A stretch of 64,000 nucleotides of DNA from Chlorokybus atmophyticus (lineage: Eukaryota > Plantae > Mesostigma and Chlorokybus algae), in contig RHPI01002262.1 of the NCBI GenBank assembly GCA_009103225.1, positions 474,317 to 538,316 of the forward strand, written 5' to 3'. Every line of letters begins with the position of its first letter. Within the stretch, counting starts at the first letter, position 1. The notes beneath the pieces were generated by a model, which saw only the letters and a program-made list of their open reading frames with translations, searched no databases and was not told the DNA's origin. Positions 24,829-36,665 of the stretch are shown piece after piece. The translations under genes were made by a program, and so were the position numbers.

Positions 24829-25158
24829 CCTGACACACCCTCAACCCACAGCGGGGTGGCCTTCTCACTAGCCCAACCACTGTTCGGCACCAATTCAAGA
24901 CTCAGCGCAAGTGCTTCAACATGACAACAGTTACTCCTGTGCTAAGTCTCCTCTTCCTCGTCGTTGTTCACCTCCTCCGCCACCGCCATCCCGCCGCTGG
25001 CAGAGGCATGCTGCACTGCACACCGGACCACTTTCCGCAAGCAGCCAAAGTGAAGCAAAAGCTAGCTATGCTGCATTACGCCATCGCAAGCTGCACAACT
25101 GTGTGGGAAAGTTGCTACTGAACTGCTAAACGCAAGCTGCTTTGGCTAAAATGTACTA

Positions 25159-28100
25159 ATGTTGGCTAAGGTTAGGTTACAGAGGCAGCTGTGCGTTTGG
25201 CTTCGGGTTGGCGGGAGCATGAGCGGCGGCGGCGGTGGCGGCGTCAGCAGCGGTGAAGGCGGAATTGGAGGGAGACAGGTGCCTCTTGAAGAAAGTAGTG
25301 GTAGGGTAGAAATCTCACAGCAGCAGCAGCAGCAGCAGCAGGAGGCTAAGCAGGAGAAGTCCCCGCCGCCAATCGCTTACCACAACAAGCAGGCGCCCGG
25401 GCCGCACAGGTGCAACGACCGTCTGGAGGACTTCATTCAGGTGAATGCCGCTGAAAGGCTTGTCTCGCTGTGCATGCTTGTCATGTCACGCATGCATTGA
25501 ACGTCGCGTCTTTGGGCGCAGCTGTTGAAGCACGAGCTCCATGCTCACAAGTGTTTTTGTGCAAGCGCATTTGCATGCAACATGCTTTGCGGCTTTTGGG
25601 TTGTGCGTGCTTCAGTGTATGACTGATTATACGCTTGCTGCGTGCTCTGCTCAGGCTCTCTACCAAGGAGACCCCCGAGTGACTTTGCCAACACCGTGGC
25701 GACTGTTGTGGCAGTGCCTGCGCTCTGAGAAAGGGTGCGTGTTACTGTTTTCAGGTGTGCTTTACTCCATGTCAGCCGTACTTTGAGGCTGAGTTGAGGT
25801 TAACTAAATTCAGATTAAATACGTGTATCTTTTGACCACTGGTTAACACTGTAGACCCATGCAGAGCAATGTGAGTAGCAATGTCCTGTTGATAGGGTGC
25901 TGAACCAAGTACATGGGTGCTCAACCAAGGGCTGATGAGACTGCTGGCTGTCTGTTGCAGGCATGAACCAACGGATCCCTTTGTGTATTTGAAGAAGTGA
26001 CGCACAGGGCTATGCTCCCGGATGTTGCTCCCTGGCGAGCGAGTAGTAGCATTTGTTGGACTGTGCTGTTATGTCAGCTCGAAGCCCAGGATTAGGGAGG
26101 GTGCTGCTTCCTCCAATCATGGCGGCCATGCAGTCCCTCTTCGGTCGGTGCGACATGCGTGTGGTACTGAACAGCCGACCTTTCTGCGCCGGCATTGGCT
26201 TACAATCACACACCAAGCCGCCCAGGACAGGGCGGCCGCCCGCAACTTGTGCGGTCAATAATGCACGAATACGGTGTGTAGCAACTGCGTCCAAGGCAGA
26301 TGTGCAGCCAGTTGAGGCAAGCCACACCTCTTTTGTTGCATCACTATTGAGTTTGACCATAACCTATATTGCTGAGATGTACAGAGCCCTTGCAGGAAGC
26401 GCAAGATGGTCTTCTGAAAGCCATACGATACGAGTGGCGGAATGGCTTTTGTAACACGCAAGGAAACTTTTCCAGGTCGGCAGGAGTAGTTGGCACACAT
26501 GCAACTATCTTTGTTGCTGCGGCTTTCTGACTATTGGTTCCAATGCGTCCAGGTTCGATAGCGTCCTTTGTCGGCATCTGCAGGCGCTCAGCGAGAAGAA
26601 CTCTACCTTTGTGGACTTGTTACCTGCAGCATCCAAGTACGAGTCTTTGTCCCTCCCTCAGCGGCAGAATCTACTACAGCAGGCTGGTTGACTGCGCATT
26701 AGGCTTGCATCATCTGACCATACTGTTTTAGGCCCCTGTACACCCTGCCATCAATGATGTTTTACGTTATGACCATACAGTATGAAGCGTGTGACACGCG
26801 TGTGTTACCATCAAGTCATACAAATCTTGTTTGCAGGCAGAGGCTGCACTCAAAGCCACAAATGCAATGTCCGCAGCTGATGAGACAAACATCACCAAGG
26901 TGACACGCAAGCGCGCAACCAGGAGAGCACCAGCAGATGCAAGCTCCAGTCTGCAGGAGAGTACTGGAAGTGTCGAACGTGCCACACGTAAGCGATCCGC
27001 TCGCAAGAGCAAAGCAGTCGAACAAGAGACTGCGCAACCATCGGATTCAAAATCAACATCAGCAAGTGTTGCATGGGCACAATCGGTCATGGAGGTCCCC
27101 TCATCCATCAACGCTGCAGCCGAAATTCCTGCAGAGTTGTCTGCAGGGGTTGCTATGACTGTAGATGCGCAGGAGGATGATCTGCTTGAAAGAGGCGACA
27201 TTGCAAGCGACAGCCAACCATCAACATCATCATCGCAGTTTGCACCTTCTCCCATTGATGTGTCAGTATCTCGTATCAGTACACTGACGCCCTTACAGAA
27301 GAAGAAGCTTGAGGGCTCCAACATTCATACGGTATTGTGCCTGCTGGTTGTATTTGTGCATGGATACGCATGCGTCAGTCATGCACATCCGTACTTGTAC
27401 AGTTGAGGATGCTTCTTCGTCACTTTCCTCGGCGCTACGCAAGTGTTGTTTCCTGGCATGAGGAAGGCGCACTTGAAGAAGGCAAGCATGTCACCCTTGT
27501 TGCCAGAATCAAGTCCTGCCGGTACACATTTATAGTTTGGTGATGTCACGTTGTGATTGTGCGTAACCACCTGCTACAACGAGTGACGACGTGCCATTCT
27601 TGTGCAGAGCGTTTCCCAGCAAGTTCAAGGGCTGCGTGGAGATCTGCATCGCCCCTGCAAGTCTTTCTGCCTTCGACAACCCGGACAACAGTAGTAGGCC
27701 AGAGCAACTCTGGCTGTACATGTTCTTTCACGGGCCGAGGTTCACCAAGCCTGGTTTTCTGTTCTACATTGCGCGTCAGTACCAGATTGGCAGCACCGTA
27801 GCAGTGACAGGCGAGGTGCTTGTTGTAGCGGCTTTGGTTTGGCTGAAGTCACTTTTTGTCTTCCTGATATGTTGAACGTTGCGCACTGCAACAACTAACA
27901 TCAGCACTGGGCACAACAGTTGCAGTATGGATCACGCGGTTGGACCATGAAGGCTGGGTTCGAGCTAGAGGTATTAGACGAAGCTGTCTCTGATCTTCGT
28001 GCAAGCGAAGCACCCAATAGGCTCATGGCGATGTACTCGTCACGAGGAAGTTGCAACCCTGCATTCTTCTCTTCTGTCGTTCAAAGGTGGCAAGACAGTT

Positions 28101-30733
28101 CTATAGCATTCCTTGCAAGCAATGCTCGTGCAGCGAAGTTGTTCTGATCCCACTCTATGCCTTGTATCAGAGCACTGCAGGCTCTGCCAGAGTCCATTGA
28201 TCCTTTGCCATCTGCGATCCGCACAGCATACAATCTTGTGCCTTTAGAGCAAGCTTATCTTGACATCCACATGCCAGTGGATGCGTCAGCCGCTGATGGC
28301 GCAAGAAGAAGACATGTTTTCGACGAGTTCTTCTACTTGCAACTGTGGCTGCTGCTCTCGCGCCAAAGACAACAAGCGCAAGCACCACCGGCATCCTGTC
28401 AAGAGGTGCGGCAACCTGTCATATACAATAGCCTTACCACCCGATGTCAGCAACAACCAACTCAAGTATTGTGTGCTGCAGGGCAGGCTGAGTGGAGTGG
28501 CGAAGGCGGTGCTGGACACTCTGCCCTACAAGCTGACTCGCTCTCAGAAACAGACATTGCAAGAGATTGTTTCAGACATGAGGCGTCCTGCGCCAATGAG
28601 CCGCTTGCTGCAGGGTGATGTGGGCAGCGGAAAGACCATAGTTGCTTTCCTGGCACTGATGACAGCTGTTGACATGGGTTTCCAGGTCAGTGTGCTTTTG
28701 CAAACGAACCGCTACCATGTTGCCTTACACTTGCAGTTGCTCAGGCTTCATTGTTGCCTTTAGGGTGCACTCATGGTGCCAACAGAGGTTTTAGCAGAGC
28801 AGCACTATGAGCGCTTAAAGGCCCTTGTGGAGTTGTTGCCAAGCAGCACGAGACCAGAGGTCGCCCTGTTGACTGGTTCCAGTGGTGCACGAACGCGCAG
28901 GGGTGTGTATGAGGTAACGCTACAAACTTGTCATGACTGAAGTCACCATGTTCTCTACCTTTGCTTAACATTGATGATCAATACTCTCGTTAGCGTAATT
29001 GTAGCACTACTCAATGTGAAGACGGTTGGGGCGCTAGGTAGTTGTCAGTGTTGTGCTGTTTGCACTGGCCTTTTGCTGACGGGCACTCATGTTGCCTTCT
29101 TCCCTGCTGTACAGGGTTTGCAGACAGGGCGAATACATCTGGTGGTTGGCACGCATGCTCTCATCAGCAGTGGCGTGGAGTTTAATGCGCTGGGCTTGGC
29201 TGTCATTGATGAGCAACATCGCTTTGGCGTTGATCAGCGGACGGCATTGCAGGTATGGGCGGTGCATGCGCATCAGATTGAAGCTGTGCCAGTGCACTAC
29301 CTACATGGAGTATTTATATTCCTGGTTGTTGCAGCAAAAGGGTAGAACTGCCTCGAACGACTATGCTGCTCCACATGTACTGGCGATGACAGCTACTCCC
29401 ATTCCAAGGAGCTTGGCGCTAGCCACATACGGGGACATGGCGCTCAGTCAGGTATCTTCAACACTCCACCTGATGGCTTTCAAGGAACTGTACTAGCAGT
29501 TCACTGGATTTGAGCGTTGTGGTTTGGAATATGTCTTTGCGAAGCATCACCCTCTCTGCAAGCAAACCGCAATAAACTGCCAGCTGCTGTCAGTCTTGCC
29601 TTCAAGTATTCTTTGCCAATGTTCAAGCTGTTGTTTCCCTTCAGATAACTGAGCTCCCACCAGGCCGCTCCCCTGTGGCAACCAAGCTCATAAAGGCCAC
29701 AGCCACGGGTAGAAAGGCGTCGTACAAACGAGTGCGTGCTGAGCTAGATAAGGGCGGCAGAGCATTTATCGTGTTCCCTCTTGTCGAGGACTCTGAAACC
29801 TTCCAGGTGCTTGCATAAAATAAGCTGCTGCAGCATGCACAGGCTGCTGTTTGCTCGCTTATGCACAATCTGCACTGTGCAGGATATGCGGTCTGCCACA
29901 TCAGAGTTTGAAAACCTTCAAGCTGATGAGCTCGCCGGCTACCCGTGCGGGCTGCTGCATGGACGCATGGCACCAGAGGAGAAAGATGCAGCTTTGCAGG
30001 GCTTTAAAGATGGACGTACAAGCATTCTCATCGCCACAACCGTCATTGAGGTGGGTTTGTTGCAGTTCATATACACAATTGCTGCACTGCTCGCAACCTC
30101 AGCATAAGGTATGCACTGTTGTTGCAATGCTGTTTGTTGAGTGCCAAGTGATGAATTGATGTTGAGTCATGACTGTGTGAATAACAGGTAGGCATTGACA
30201 TCCCAGATGCGACTATCATGCTGGTTGAGCACGCGGAGAGGTTCGGGCTGGCACAACTGCACCAGTTGCGTGGGCGGGTTGGCAGGGGCAGCAAGCCGTC
30301 GCAGTGCATACTCTTGTGCAGCACCGCTGCAGCGATGGAGAGGCTGCGCATTATGGAGGCCTCGCAAGACGGCTTTGTCATAGCCAATGTCGACATGCGC
30401 CTGCGCGGCCCCGGTGAGATGCTGGGCACGCGGCAGTCCGGCAAAAACCTCGCATTCACCCTCGCAAGCCTCATGGATGACGCCGACATTCTAGAAGAAG
30501 CGCGACAAGCTGCTATGGTAAGTGATGACAGCACATGTATGATAAAACAGACTGCACCACATGTACAATCTCAGATTGTACATTGTCATATTGTAAAAGG
30601 AGGTTACCAATCTTGATATTGGATAACTATTTTTGTGCAGGACCTTCTGAGGGACTACCCGCAGCTTGAAGGACTTGAAAAGCTTCAGCAGGAGCTAGCC
30701 TTTAGCCGTGTGCCTGCTGAGGTGGACGGCTGA
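25159..30733 (+). CDS. RECG: Organellar (plastid/mitochondrial) ATP-dependent DNA helicase RecG, multi-exon
   Basis: Wedge domain LLRHFPRRY...HVTLVARI and FFHGPRF; FDEFFYLQL; motif [12 protein letters not shown]; [12 protein letters not shown]; VVGTHAL; [13 protein letters not shown]; [11 protein letters not shown]; LLHGRM; [15 protein letters not shown]; [11 protein letters not shown]; [17 protein letters not shown]. Last exon ends VPAEVDG* (30731-30733). The start codon and N-terminal exons are less certain. Confidence 0.95.
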
Positions 30734-31695
30734 TTGACTCACCTGCTGGAACTCCACATACGCTCACTGTGTCGTGCAGCGTGTCGCATACATGACACTG
30801 GGTCTGGTGAAACTTGGAGAAGTCTTGTGTTGTGGCCGTTATATGTACCACAGTATCCGCCGTCTGCGTTGCTAATGCGTGACAACGCATGGGCTTTAGT
30901 CAGCCCACGCGATCAGATGCAAGTGGTGAAGGCATGTATCTGATTGATTGTGCCACTCATGCATAGTCACTGGATAGAAACACTCCAACCAGGCCAGCAA
31001 ACAAGCAGCCATAATCCAATATACCAGGCTCCAACTAGGTAGGGGGCCTACTGCAGCAAAGTGCAAGCAGTGGCTGCAGGAGAGGTTAGTCGATAGTTGA
31101 GACACAGCAGTAGAACACAGGGTGCTGCTGCTGTCGCTTTGTGCCATTGTACATGCAGTGCAACCGTTGATTTAGCTCTGCCGCCAGCAGCAGCACAACG
31201 ACCAAAACATGACAGCGACAACAACGGCATGCTGATGTGTCACATAGCAAGCAGCAACGGGTGGCATCAGCGCCTACCGAGAACAACCCTGCCGCTCCAT
31301 CTCAGGCAATCTCGCGCTTTACATGTACTAAAGGCAGGTATAGTCATATACAAGCTGCTCCTTTAGAGGGTTAACACTCTCTATTATTTAGTAGTGCCTG
31401 ACAAAAACAATAACAGTCCAAGGTCACCTAAACCCAAATGCTGGTCGCAGCATTGGCACTGCTGCTTACAGTATTGGCATGGTAGCAGCCATCTTCCTCA
31501 CAGAGACTGTCGCTGGTTGCCTGCCATCCATGATATCGGTCATACCACTGCTACATCCGAGTCAAGCTTGCAAGGGACCCTCATGTCTGTCCCTGCAGCG
31601 TTGGAAGGAGCCAGCATGCCGCACACACCATGATAGTTTTGTACGTTCTCAAAGTCCCGTCTCGCCTCACAGCAGGCTCAGACACACTCCAGCTG

Positions 31696-34295
31696 CTACT
31701 TGTTGACAAGGCGCTCGTACAGTTCGAGCCACCGCTCCTCGCGCAGCCGTGCCTCGCGTTCCAGCTCAAGCCTGAGCTGCAGCAGCTGCTGCTCAAACTG
31801 CTGGCGGCGCTCCTCAGTGCGTGCCTCGTGCTCCAGCCTCATCCTGTGCAGCTCCTTCCTCAGCTCGGCCTCCTGGTGCTTGGCCTCACGCTGGTCCTTC
31901 TGCTGCTGCTCCAGTAAGTGCTTCAACAATGCCGTCAAACTCTGCAGTACAGACATGCTTGTCAACAGGCAACGTTCTCTCAGCAGTAACACTCCAGATG
32001 CTATATTGAGTTAGGCCGTAAGTTGACTATCGATACAACCTTGACGGTTGTATCACCGCCAGCACCAATGTCACAAAGGAAAACAGCACCCAAGGTACAG
32101 CCGTGTTCAGCACGTAACCTTGCAAACATTGATGTTGCATGCGCGTTGTTAGAAGAAGAGTCATATTGTCATCGGCATAAGGGGTTGGTTGTGATAGCAG
32201 TGGCAACAGCCATCAAGAACGCCATGATAGTCAAGTGCGAAAATATAGTATATAACAAACTGAAGGGCAGTACGTGTACCTGTTTCTCACTGTCTCGTTT
32301 CCGCTTCTTCGTAGACCGCGACGAGTGTCGATCCGGGTCTTGCTCATTGTTGTCCTCATCACCATAGTCAGACAGCAGATCATCCGGCAGAGAGCCATCG
32401 CGATGCCTCTCTCCGACCTGATCCGAATGCTCGCTGCTGCCGCTCGGCCCAGGGCTTCCCCCTCGCCCCCGCTTAGAGCGCGAGCCGCGCCTGTAACCTG
32501 CATTGACTGCACCTGCGCTGCCGTTTGCGCGCTTCTGCACAATCTTTGTACGCACCTGTAAAAAATCGGCGTGTGTGCATGCGTGCGAGTGTGCATGCCT
32601 GCATGTGTGCTCAACGACTGCATGACTTCATGACGGTTTGCTCACAGATCACGCAGCAGCATGCCAACATGTAACGCACTGCAATAGCAGGATAGCATAC
32701 CTGTGAAGTCCCATGCAGCTTTTCCATGATGTCATAGAAGGCGGGTTTCTCCAGTATCTGTCCTGTGTTGGAATCGATCAGGGGTTCGGTTGGTGGAACG
32801 CCGCTGGCAAGCGAGTTGTATGTCTGCATGAGACGATTGCCATCAAACAAGCATTGTGCAGCGCATGCGAGTGAGGAGATGATGACGTACCACAAAAGGG
32901 GTTTTCACAGCGTTGAACTTATTTTTGTGCTGTTTGGGTGTGAGGGGAAACCCAGTCTTGGAGGCAACCATCACCCATTTTTTGCTTGGCTTCACGCGGC
33001 CTCTTACACCTGGTTGTTGTGCCACACCACGCACCAACTGCGTCAACGGTTGGGGAGTTGCTGCTGATCAGGCCATAAGGTCCACATAACTGTAAAACGA
33101 GCTGCGAGAACACTTGCGTCAACATGCAATGTGCTCCTCACAACAACACGAACCTGTTCCACTTCATGTTCCATCAGTATCAGCAACTCCACACGTTGGT
33201 ATGTCCATTGCCACATCTGCCCATCAATGTCGCGCACCCATGCACGTGACGTGTCCACCTCAGCTTCCAGCGCATCTCTTGGAACCTGCAGCAGGCTTGC
33301 ATGAGAGGCACGCAGGCTTGCACACACGCATATTGTGATGGAGTACTGGTAATTTCAACTTGCCATGCAGCAAGTCAGCTGTAATGCATGTTTCTCTTCC
33401 TTGGCTCTCATGCACAAAAGCAATGTGGCTATAATTGGTTGCAGGATACGATGAGTTGTCATACAAGCTTAATTGCTGCTGCTTAATCTTCCAGCACCTA
33501 CTGCGTTGCTTCATTGTTGATTGCTTGAAGAATGTGCTTTGCTAAATGCTCTCTTCTCCCGTTGATATCAAGTGCCATCCAACTCAGTAAGCACTGTTGC
33601 CACGGGCATGCACCTCATATGGTCCATCTGGGCAGCTAGCATGCATTCCCGATAGACAAACAGACGAAGGAGCTCAGTTGTGCATGCTGCACGACACATG
33701 TCACAACATACTGTTCAATCAACTGAAGACAAGTTTCCTGGTACGCTCAACATGCCACCGCAATACTACGAGGAAATCTGCTTGTAACGAGTTTGAAAGT
33801 AAGTGTGACAACCAAGTGTGAAAACGGATGCCACTGCAATTCTGCAAAGAATTCTTCTTGTAACGAGTCTGGGATTGATTGTGACAACCAAGTGCAAAAG
33901 ATGATGTTGTGGTTGCAAGTGTTAGAACTGATGTGGTGCCTTCAGCAGCAACACATTTTGGCCTGAATGCAACTAAGTGTGATGAGACAGCATTCAATGT
34001 ACACCGAAATGATGACTCAGCAACAAAGACTTGCATGGTGCGTGTGTAATTGTGTTGCCGATACGTGTTACTGACTCACCACATCCATGCCGGCGCCATT
34101 GGCGTCCATGTGCTCTTCGGCGCCGCTCTCGTCAGGCACAGCATGGGCGACAAAGCCATGGTGCTCCGCATGGTGGTGGTGATGATGGTGCTCCACGTCG
34201 ACGACGGCGTCGGCGACAACGCCCACACCCACGCCCACGCCCGCCCTGTCCATGCTCGCCATGTCCCCAGGCTGCTCATAATCGCCCGGGTCCAT
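31696..34295 (-). CDS. Trihelix (GT-type, Myb/SANT-like) transcription factor with C-terminal coiled coil
   Basis: Exon 1 starts MDPGDYEQ and contains a His7 tract. Helix signature WTYQRVELLI...KKWVMVASKTGFPLTPKQHKNKFN...PAFYDIMEKLHG; basic TKKRKR; terminal coiled coil ELEREARLREERWLELYERLVNK*. Confidence 0.75.
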
Positions 34296-35038
34296 CTACC
34301 CAAGCTGCTGCTGCCCCTCCTTTAGTGCACTGCCCTACTTAGCTAGCAGCAAACCACTGAACCAAGCTAGCAACACTAGCAATGGCCTGTTGTAGGAAGC
34401 TTGTTGATGGCGTAAACAACCATGGTCAAGCATAATCAAGAGCGCGCAGGCAACGTTGAAGCGTGTTTAAGCTTGTGCAAGCTTGTGCAAAGCTGGTTCT
34501 CTTGCGAACTTGCGCTAGCTTGTGCGAGCTTGCTTCGAGAAGTGTTGCCAGCAGTGTTAACGTAAGCAGGCAGAGCACCAGGCTAACTGCTTCAAGACAA
34601 CTTCAAGGCAAGTAAAGGCAGCAGCAGCGGCGGAGGCGGCATCTTCGACGGGTGAAGCGTATCAACTTTTACCAGCTGAACCACCAAGGGGTTAAACACT
34701 CATCAACCACCTACTGAAGTACGACAGGTTGGTCGCCGCCGCTACCGCCGCCTCTGCCGCTGCCGCTGCGTTGCCTACAAACAGCGTGCATTCTCTGTCC
34801 GTCGACCGTCGACGTCAGCACAGTAGTAAGCTAGCAGCAGCACTGCTGCACTCATAACTTCTGATAAGCTCTGAGCCCTTCTGTCAGCAGCCCTGTGTCA
34901 CAGGCGGGTGCCACACGCTGTGTGTGCCCTTGTGCATGCGGAGGAGGCTGGGGCGAGAGGCGGCGGCGGCGGCGGGGAGTAATAAGGGTGGCACGGGAGA
35001 GCAGAGAAGGGCGGGCTTGCCCAAAGGTTCAGGAAGGC

Positions 35039-36665
35039 ATGGCGCTTCGCTTCGCCTCGATGATTTCGCTGTGCTGCGCTAAGGCGCCCCATGGTGTGCG
35101 CGTTGCTGCTCTCAGCGCCTTCGGTCGCAAGGATGAGGAAGTTGCCCGTGCTGCTGCTTCTGCACCGCTCTGCTCCTGGAGTCATGCAGCGCCATTGGGC
35201 GGGAGGGAGCCCCCCAGCGTCAAAGCCTGCTTGCTGAGTGCAGAAAGGTGAGCGGGTGGTGGTGATGTTGGTTGTTTTGTTTTGGGGGAGGGGGGGGGGG
35301 GGGGGGGGGGGNNNNNNNNNNNNNNNNNNNNNNNNNNNNNNNNNNNNNNNNNNNNNNNNNNNNNNNNNNNNNNNNNNNNNNNNNNNNNNNNNNNNNNNNN
35401 NNNNNNNNNNNNNNNNNNNNNNNNNNNNNNNNNNNNNNNNNNNNNNNNNNNNNNNNNNNNNNNNNNNNNNNNNNNNNNNNNNNNNNNNNNNNNNNNNNNN
35501 NNNNNNNNNNNNNNNNNNNNNNNNNNNNNNNNNNNNNNNNNNNNNNNNNNNNNNNNNNNNNNNNNNNNNGGGGGGGGACGCGACACGCCAAGTACATGTT
35601 TCACCGACAACCATCAAGATGGCTAGCGCTTGTCGTTTTAAACAAGGTTCAACACACTGTGTGCATGCATAGCAACCAGTGCACCACTGAGCATGGACGC
35701 ATGCGCTCAGTGAAGATAACAGCAACAACCGATATCAGATTCAACAGAGGAGTAGCCCTTTCAATTAACCTTGATCACTGGAAATGCGGTATCAATCGAG
35801 TGACACAATGCCAGTGTTGTTCCGCGGTTGGGACCATCAACATCATTGTTCACATCGTATGCTGTTGATGTTTCCTGTATTGCATGCACAGTATCAATAC
35901 AACGCCACTGCAGTCAAAGCAATGTCATGACGTGCCTACTTTGGCAGCTGTTAGGCAGCGGTTAGGGTGCATCTCATGCTGATCGTGCCACGGCCGGCAC
36001 ACTTGTCAACCAGCGGCTGCTAATGTCACAGCTTTTTGTCGCCCAATGTGGCGGTGCACATATGTGACACACATCTATACCTGAAACTGCTAGTGCATGC
36101 AGGTCGACCTGGAAGTCTGTCACCCTGCGTGCAACTATGCGGACGCAACAACCACGCGACGACATCGCTGCCCGTATCAACTCCAAACTCTCTCGGACAA
36201 GTCTCAACGCATACCTGGACGTTGACCAGCAGGCTGTGGAAGAGTACCTGGTGCAGAATGGTGTGAATGTTGATGCTTTCGAGCAAAGTCTGAAGGTGAC
36301 AAAGTGGTACATAAAGACCCACTGTCCACACAATCATGACTTGGACTGGGAAAATTATATATACAAATATGACAGCGACCTTGGCCTCCATGTCATTGGT
36401 TCATCCTTTTCAACAACCTTCAGCGACCATCGGTTTGGAAACCAGATTTATTTACCAGCGCCAGTATACACTCCAGAAAGGTTTTCCATTTCCGGACAGC
36501 CTAAAGTCAATCAATTCCATACGCGACGATGTTACTGCCCAGCAAGCGGCGCAAGACATTAAGAGGTGCTTTGTGGACGATGAAGAGTTTATGAACGTTG
36601 CGGACTGGTTGACATCCACTGCACAGCACTGCAAGATTTATGAGCGGGAGTATCTCGGTTGTTAA
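35039..36665 (+). CDS. Uncharacterised protein with an N-terminal organelle transit-peptide-like sequence
   Basis: Exon 1 MALRFASMISLCCAKAPHGVRVAALSAFG...SAER ends at a GTGAG donor near 35248. After the gap come exon-like blocks STWKSVTLRATMRTQQPRDDIAARINSKLSRTSLNAYLDVDQQAVEEYLVQNGVNVDAFEQSLK and RQYTLQKGFPFPDSLKSINSIRDD...EREYLGC*. An assembly gap interrupts the model; no family recognised. Confidence 0.5.
35312..35569. other. Assembly gap (N run) flanked by poly-G
   Basis: 258 N characters between G homopolymers. Confidence 1.

Noticed and set aside
35182-35868. Long ORFs spanning X runs
   Set aside because: Artefacts of translating through the assembly gap.
36137-36562. Possible Twinkle primase zinc-binding region (CPHNH...CYCP)
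   Set aside because: Cys spacing does not fit and no primase or helicase exons follow.
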